Source of the DNA: Mytilus edulis
Taxonomy: Eukaryota
Direction: 5' to 3'
DNA: 64,000 nucleotides
Assembly (NCBI RefSeq): GCF_963676685.1
Contig: NC_092353.1
Location: 2,356,001 to 2,420,000, forward strand
In this document: in pieces, positions 56,690-64,000 of the stretch
Layout of the letters: every line of letters starts with the position of its first letter
Position numbering within the stretch: the stretch's first letter is position 1
Program-made: the position numbers and the translations under genes
The notes under the pieces: generated by a model
The model's database searches: none
Seen by the model: only the letters and a program-made list of their open reading frames with translations
Told to the model about the DNA's origin: nothing

Positions 56690-58225
56690 AAACAAATATA
56701 ACTCAAAGATAATAAGACAATAACAATAAAAACCAATGAGTAAACAAAGACTCGTAAAACCAAAAGACATTTACATCAACAGTTATAAATAATAAATAAG
56801 AAACAACACAAACTCCACTCCAAAAAACCGGGAGTAAAATCAGGTGATCCGGAAGGGTGAGCATTTTCTGCACCGTATACGGTCCCCGTCGTGTTATTTC
56901 ATTGTTCAGTCCGATAATGATGGAAGGTTATTATGACTGAAGAAGAATATCAGATATGATTTCTGACACACTTTTGTCATAATGGCCAATCAGCTCATGA
57001 TGGCGACCGTAAAATTTCTTGAGTGATGACCTTGATTTGATTGATTCATAGCCCTGTCTTAGCAACTTTTGAGAAAGTAGTATTCCTCGTTCAACAAAAT
57101 CAGCGTACTTTAAGCTAGCTCTAGAGTAACGTATTAATTGAGACACATATACTCCATATGCTGGTGCCGCTGGGATGTTGCTACACAGAAATGGAAAGTT
57201 CACTATAGGAAAATTAAAGTCATCGCGTTTGTCATAAATTTTGGTATTTGACCTACCATCAGTAGTCATTTCGAGAAAAAGGTCTAAATATGAAGCAGAT
57301 TTATCTGTGTCGGTAGTATCTCTAATTTCAAGTTCACTTGGATATATTAAATGTAAGTGATCACTGAATCTATTATTATTAAGAGACAGTACATCATCAA
57401 TATACCGAAAGGTGAAATTAAAAAACTGGGCTAATTTCTTTTCTCCTTTCTGTAAAAGCCCTTGGATAAATTCTGCTTCATAGGAATACAAAAACAAATC
57501 TGCAAGTAGAGGAGCGCAATTGGTACCCATTGGGATTCCAATAGTCTGTTAGAAGACCAAACCTTCAAATTCAACAAATATGTTGTGAATGAAAAATTAT
57601 AGCATGGCAGTGATATCCTCTTCGGTGTATGTTTTGCTCGACTCTGTATTATTTTTAACAAAGTAAGCTGAATTCCTGCCCAAAACTAGATAACTAAAAC
57701 GTCTATTGCCCTTTTTGTTAAAGAAACATAATCTGACGAGTTCTTTCAGTCGAGCTTTAAGTTAGTATGTGGATTAACACCAAAGGAGATTAGAACCGAT
57801 TTGTGGTTTTCCAGGATCTCCTGATTCGTAAGCGTACTTAGTGTATATGTAGGATTTCCAAGTGTGTTATTTATCCCGAGTTCCTTAATTAGGCAGTCAA
57901 TGTAGTGTTTCTTGCAAACAAAAACAATATTGTTTGAGGCTTTGTCAGCTGGAACGACAACATATTTGTCATGGAGGCAAGACAACTCCTCTATGACATG
58001 AGGGTCTTTAAAGATAGAAGGAGCTTTGGTGCTCATTGATCCTTTAAGCTAACTAACTCTTATCTAAATCAATGACCTCACTGATTTTACCCACTCCGAA
58101 AGAGTGTCAACTTCAACCTGTTCTCTTTTTGCCCAGTCTTTTGCATAATCCTCAACAGAATCCATTTGTAGTTTGAAGTTATGCTTCCAATTGATTGGCT
58201 GTGGCTCTCTGTAGATCTGACCCTT
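56690..58225 (-). mobile_element. Decayed, 5'-truncated Penelope-like retroelement (Naiad/Chlamys-like layout), RT plus 3'UTR
   Basis: YREPQPINW, VVVPADKASNN, GIPMGTNCAPLLADLFL, FRYIDD, YDKRDDFNFPIVNFP, KKFYGRHH. The ORF stops after the thumb with no GIY-YIG. Stops, a frameshift and an internal deletion are present. Confidence 0.88.
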
Positions 58226-58734
58226 GGACAAAAGTTGTAGTTATTGACTATGTCAAGTTGTCAAGTAAGTTATACAAGTTATTATCTTTTTCTAAACGAA
58301 AATGTACAAATAATTACTTGTACAAGTATATTTGCTCAAGTAATAACTTATATGATGACATTGTACTTATAGTTTTTATGCAACTTATAACTTTTACACG
58401 ACATTTGTATATATTTATTATGAAGAGAAACATTTAAAGCATCTCAATTTGTGACGTACCATATTATGATTTACAAAATCACTAGTGAACCAGAAGGTTG
58501 GGCAGATCATTTAAGATGGAACAAGATTTAGATTTACAAAAACATTTATAAAAAGTTTTAATTTTATCTACGTTTGTTAAAAGTCACCAACTGACTCTTA
58601 AATAGTAATTGCAGCTAACGTGTGTCTACACTCGAAGGAGTCTGAGTTAAGCACCGTTACATTGTACCAATGGTCAACATATTTATAAAATGACTGTGTA
58701 AGTTATGTTTTCGATCAATGATATTCTTTTTCGG

Positions 58735-58861
58735 ATAACCGTTTTTGGAACCCCTGCTGAGGATAGAGGGGAGGTAAAATAGACATGATAAATAATGGTG
58801 TCTTTGATAATATTGATGTTGCCAAAACTTTATTCTATGTTTCCTTTTCAGCTGTTGATAT
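58735..58861 (+). pseudogene. Degenerate duplicate of PM20D2 exon 2
   Basis: ITVFGTPAEDR/GKIDMINNGVFDNIDVA aligns to exon 2; acceptor AG mutated to GG, 1-nt deletion, 21-nt deletion removing MMVHPSP; donor gtaagt retained. Confidence 0.85.
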
Positions 58862-59151
58862 GTAAGTGTTTAATTTAAATGGTAAAATTATATGAAACAC
58901 GGAAACATATTCAATGATGGCATTTGGAATTTAAGATGTTTTTAAACGGAACACTGTTTTTGTAAAATGTAGCGTACAAAGTAAACATAGTTTTATCATA
59001 CATAGGTTATGCAATATACATACCACTGGAATGCATGCTATCATACTTTGATTTAAGTTTAAATTGAAAATAAGCTTGATTTTGGTTTACAATGACCTTC
59101 AAATCTTAAGCATAGTCAAGATCATCCGTCAATTAGACAAACGTTCACAAT

Positions 59152-59577
59152 ATAGTTATCAAAGGTATCAGGATTATAATTTAGTACGCCAGACGCGCGT
59201 TTCGTCTACATAAGACTCATCAGTGACGCTCATATCAAAATATTTATAAAGCCAAACAAGTACAAAGTTGAAGAGCATTAAGTATCCAAAATTCCAAAAC
59301 ATTGTGCCAAATACGGCTAAGGTAATCTATGCCTGGGATAAGAAAATCCTTAGTTTTTCGATTAATTCAAAGTTTTGTAAACAGAAAATTTATAAAAATG
59401 ACCACATTATTGATATGTTTGTCAACATCGAAGTATTGACTACAATTTACTACATTTATATGCACATTACCTGGTCAGTCTGAACAATAAATAAACTCAT
59501 CAAAGGTACCAGGACTAAATTTAGTATATATGCCAGACGCGGGTTTCGTCAACAAAAGACTCATCAGTGACGCTCAT
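59152..59577 (-). ncRNA. Retrozyme-like repeat with two minimal type I hammerhead ribozymes (59229-59186 and 59573-59530)
   Basis: Minus strand GCGUCA-CUGAUGA-GUCU(UAUGU)AGAC-GAAA-CGCGCG-UC^UGGCGU, and a second copy CUGAUGA-GUC(UUUUGUU)GAC-GAAA-CCCGCG-UC^UGGCAU. Both catalytic cores are intact. Confidence 0.85.
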
Positions 59578-59682
59578 AATTATTACGTCATGTTCAATCT
59601 TTCGGTCAATTTCCCGACTTATGCAATGCAGTAAATTAAGTAATGTTCAGATAATTACTTGCAGTCAATTCATTGCTGTTAA

Positions 59683-60072
59683 GGATGTTTGCTCCTCCAT
59701 TTTTTGATTTTTTGCCAGATTTTCGGAATTCTCTGGTTTTATCCATGTATTGTCATTAAAAAAATGTGCCCTCTAACCCCTCCTTTTCTTTTCATAATTT
59801 TATTAAATAAAGTTTAAAAAGCCATATTTCAAAATTTTATAAAATTCTTGTTATTTTTACATAGTTTTTGAAACAAATAAGGTGCCAATGTTAAATATAT
59901 GAAAAATCTAGAGAGAATTATTTCCCGCCAAATTTTCAATTGCTTATATCTCCAAAATGAGCACACTGACCCTCCATTTTTTTCTAATTTTTGAGTTTCT
60001 TTATTAATATATTATCAATTCATAATAGTCTTTTAAAAAGCTTGTTATTTTTTAACAAAGTAGCGAACATCC
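59683..60072. mobile_element. 390-bp MITE with TTAA target duplication (Kolobok-like termini)
   Basis: ttaa|GGATGTTTGCT ... AGCGAACATCC|ttaa. Confidence 0.75.
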
Positions 60073-62475
60073 TTAAGTGTCTTTTTAGACAACTTTTTTT
60101 TTAAATATGATGTTCAAGTGTACAACTACTCAATAATCTGAACTAAGACTGAACTGAAAAAAAAATCACAAATAAATTTCTGATTGCAAGCAAATTGTCT
60201 GAACTAAACTGATGTTACCGTAGTGGAAAAGTCTGAAAATTTACTGAAAGAAATATTCAGATCAAAATGACCGTTAGAGATCAAAATTTGTTTACCAGTG
60301 ATTGATGACACATACTTCTCACAAGTTATGACTACTAATTACAGCGCCATAACTATATACTTGAAATTTTTTTTTACGGAAAACGTACAAACAAAGCATC
60401 AGAGTTATCGTGATTGAAGTATAACCGAAAGCCATAGTAATGCTAGTGACAAAATTGCACTTTCTTTGCAGAAAATCACAAAATTAGGCATTAACACTAT
60501 TAGGTCATTTTTTACATATCTATATATTACAAAACACGTACTACTGTCTGTCCTGAATAAACTTGAGATATGTGTTAGTTTGAGATAATTCAGTTTCATT
60601 CAAAATAAGTTAATATAAGCTTAATGGGGTAACTATTCGACAAACATGTATATTTTATTATTTTTGTTTTGATTTGAATATTAGAGATAAATATTAGATT
60701 TAATGGTGTCATCTGACTAGTAAAATTGATATTTTATTTTAGGAATAATAAACAAAGGCGGTATCGGGCCAAATATCATACCAGAATTTACTGAACTAGA
60801 GTACTACTTCAGAGCGACAAACAAAAAAAGGATAAGATGGACTGAGAGACCAGATGAAATCTTCTTTTGATACGTCATCAACATCCACTGGATGTCAGGT
60901 GAAGTATACTGTCATTTTAAGACATACCAATCTGAATGCAAACATACATGGCATAGTTGTATAAAAATGTGAAAAATAAAAAGTAATTACAACTAAAATC
61001 AATAACCACAAAACGTTTGAAGTAACTTGTATAGGCCTTAGACTTTAGAACATTATAATAAGCCACAAGTCTGTAATATATTGGTTCTATAGACTGTATA
61101 TTCAAATTAGTAACATTCTGCTGAAGAACGTTATGGCCTTTATTTTGCATTTAAAACTATCAAATGGTTTACACCTTTTGCCTTGTCATTGTTTGTTATG
61201 GTCAACCTAACATCGTTATTATTTCGGATTAATTTTATGGTAAAAATCCATTTACATTAATTCTGATTGCACGAAACACATCTTAAAACAAGGCTACAGT
61301 ATATAATTAAATCCTTTAACCACGAAAAAACTCAGTGTACTCAGTATTTTGGTTTCATATGCAATGCCAAAGAGTAGTCCATGGTAAATGCTTCCAAATC
61401 TTTATGCTGTATTAAGGTTAAACAAGTTATGACGATACCAAGGGACAATCATAAATAGTAAAAAGAGTGGAGCACCCAAAAGTCCATCAAGATTATACTA
61501 AAACTAACGATTAGGGTATATGAATCCACCCAAAGAAATGATGGAAGAAATCAAGTGCTCTTGAAAAGTGACGTTATATGATGCACAAGAGATGACATAA
61601 GTTTCTTGTGATCTAATATCTATGCCATAAGATGGCGTTCATTACGATCATTCAAAATATATATGGCTTTTTGGCACTGTTTCTTGAATAATAATTAATT
61701 AATATTTTAAAAAGTACATGCTATTTCTATGAAATTTATCACAAATATATATATTTACTTGTGACACAAAACTATTCAACGATACACTACTGATTTGTTT
61801 TCTGTATGTTGATATATTTTTTCATTTTTTCATTTTTGTCTTTGAACAAAATTTGAACGAGATTTCTATAACCATACTGTGATTAATTGTACTTGAAAGT
61901 ATTCTTTGTGGAAAGTAAATTCGTAATTTATAAACACTAGATCGTTTTTTAAACTCGATAATTTATAAAAGGTACTAGTATTGAAAGTTTAGAAAACGTC
62001 AAACCTTATTTTAGCATCTTGTGCATTTACAAAGGCTAAGCCTGAACCTTCCAAACAGTGATAAAAAGTTGATTTCAAACTAAACAAATAATCTCAAACG
62101 TATTATAACATTTCCTTACATATATTTGATCACATATTTAAGAATATTTTACTTCATCGGTCAGATTTATGTGGTGCTTGGCGTCCCTAAAAACTTTCTC
62201 TACTTTATTTTGTTATTATCAATGATCATGCACCGGTAATTATAATTGTATCAAATTACATTTTGTTTGGCAATGAATTTCTCTTGTATCCTGCATGTCA
62301 TTGAATAAATCGTAAATTCATGCACGTTATAACTACTACTTTGAATAAACTGTTTTAAATAAATTAGATACTCAATATTATAACATTCGCTTTCAGAGAA
62401 TATACGTAACCACAAGCATAATTATATAGACAAACTATAAGCACAAGAAAACTGGTTAATATTAATATTATTAAA

Positions 62476-62841
62476 ATGGATTTCTTAAAACAGTCCATAA
62501 TTCAAGCAATCGACGAGGCTTCAGAAGAACTAGAAGAACTGAGCAAAGATATATGGCAAAATCCGGAACTTTGCTTTATGGAACATTATGCGCACGAAAA
62601 ACTAACCAATTTTCTTGAACGTAAGGGCTTCGTCGTTACCAAGAAATTTATTTTAGAGACTGGATTTAAAGCTGAAGTAGGCACAACCAAAATGGGACCC
62701 AATATTGCTGTAATTTGTGAGTACGATGCGTTACCGGTTATCGGACATGCATGCGGACATAATTTGATTGCCGAAGCTGGTGTTGCCGCTGGTCTTGGAA
62801 TAAAAGCAGCATTGGGGAAAATGGAAAAACCATTTGGCAGG
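62476..62841 (+). CDS. PM20D2: M20 peptidase domain-containing protein 2-like, coding exon 1
   Basis: IWQNPELCFMEHYAH, IAVICEYDALPVIGHACGHNLIAE are M20D/ACY1L2 motifs; phase-0 donor AGG|gtaagc at 62841/62842. Confidence 0.92.
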
Positions 62842-63464
62842 GTAAGCAAAACTGTTACTTGAAGGTTAACGTAAGGCTAGAAAATGAAGAGAAATAGTCA
62901 TCTGCAACACATACCCTATGATTGTATAAGGATATGATTTAGGCAGCTTTGTACCAGCAGTGACAACCTACAATATTTCGAAATAAACTTGTCCAAGTCT
63001 TAGAAACATGATTTCTTATTAGTGGTTATTTGCTTTGAACTAACTAGTAAGTGCGAGTACTCTAGATCTCAGTTCTGTATTACGTCTTTTTGTTGTGAGG
63101 GATGCATAAATACACAGTCACGTCCGGTCTGTGTTCTTTCCAAGATGTTTTTTTTCTGCTTTTTAATGATCTGATGAGCCTTTTTCAACTGATTTTCATA
63201 GTTTGTTCTTATGTTGTACTGTTATGCCACTGTTAAAGGTTACTGGAGGGTTGGAGGATTCAAACATGTTTATCCCGGCCTCATGCTTTATCTGCCTGTC
63301 CCAAGTCAGGAGCCTGTAGTATAGTGATTATCGTATGCAATGCTGTTTAATGAATTTTGACTGCCCATTTAAATGAGACAAATTGCCGCCGTTTTTATAA
63401 GTCAACATTTGAACAAATGAATAATGATTAAACGTGTCTTTTATAAATTTTTTTGGATTTTCAG

Positions 63465-63613
63465 ATAACTGTTTTAGGTACCCCTGCAGAGGAAGGAGGG
63501 GGAGGAAAGATTGACATGATCAATGCTGGTGTATTTGATAATATTGATATAGCTATGATGGTTCATCCCTCTCCAGAAACTAGCTCTCATTGTTCCTCAA
63601 CAGCGATTGATAG
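63465..63613 (+). CDS. PM20D2: PM20D2-like coding exon 2 (gene continues beyond the window)
   Basis: Acceptor ttttcag|; reads ITVLGTPAEEGGGGKIDMINAGVFDNIDIAMMVHPSPETSSHCSSTAID in frame with exon 1; donor AG|gtaata. Confidence 0.92.
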
Positions 63614-64000
63614 GTAATATTCTTATTGCTATTGATATCGATTTACTAGTATTTGACAAATTAAAAATACCATATAACGTCTCCATAGTATCATATTAAG
63701 ACATCGATACAAAAAAATGTTTAAATACAAAAATACAAAAAAATACAGTAGACATAACGAACTTTCAGAACTTACTAAAATCTAGATTCATGATGAAACT
63801 TACTATTTCATAATTACATATTTTTTCGGTAAAAATATTGTTTCTTAAAACCCTATGTCTGTTAATCAAATACATTCCGATACTCGAACTGATCATTTAT
63901 AAAAATCAATGATATTTCAAAACGGCTTTTCTCAAATGCATTGCACTTTTTTTCCAAGCAAGAGTTTATTTAACAGGGTTACTATCAAATACATTGGGAA

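Noticed and set aside
56931-58225. Selenocysteine (UGA) recoding reported for some Naiad elements
   Set aside because: The in-frame stops are TAA/TAG plus a frameshift, consistent with ordinary decay.
62476-63613. Bacterial amidohydrolase contamination or recent horizontal transfer
   Set aside because: Canonical GT-AG intron containing a host repeat; motifs fit animal PM20D2.

Overview
AT-rich, intron-containing animal genomic DNA. The repeat families resemble those I associate with bivalves, probably Mytilus (recalled, not searched). Two host genes are supportable: (1) an achaete-scute (ASCa/ASCL1-like) proneural bHLH gene on the minus strand (CDS 21204-22172), lying in a ~60 kb stretch with no other recognisable intact gene; (2) exons 1-2 of a PM20D2-like M20 peptidase at the right end, with a dead duplicate of exon 2 about 4.7 kb upstream. 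The rest is decayed mobile DNA and tandem arrays: Penelope-like RT fragments with no C-terminal endonuclease, many minimal type I hammerhead-ribozyme (retrozyme-like) repeats, a tRNA-derived SINE, an RTE LINE remnant, a TTAA-flanked MITE, and 28/37/57/61-bp arrays. The best unannotated signals are regulatory. The predicted spliced 3'UTR of the achaete-scute gene carries four perfect 8mer sites for miR-317. Five GGCACGCG Hairy/HES sites lie upstream, two in a repeated HES-site + proneural E-box + GC-box module. Two co-oriented hammerheads with intact cores delimit a 344-nt unit. Most ORFs in the supplied track are spurious.
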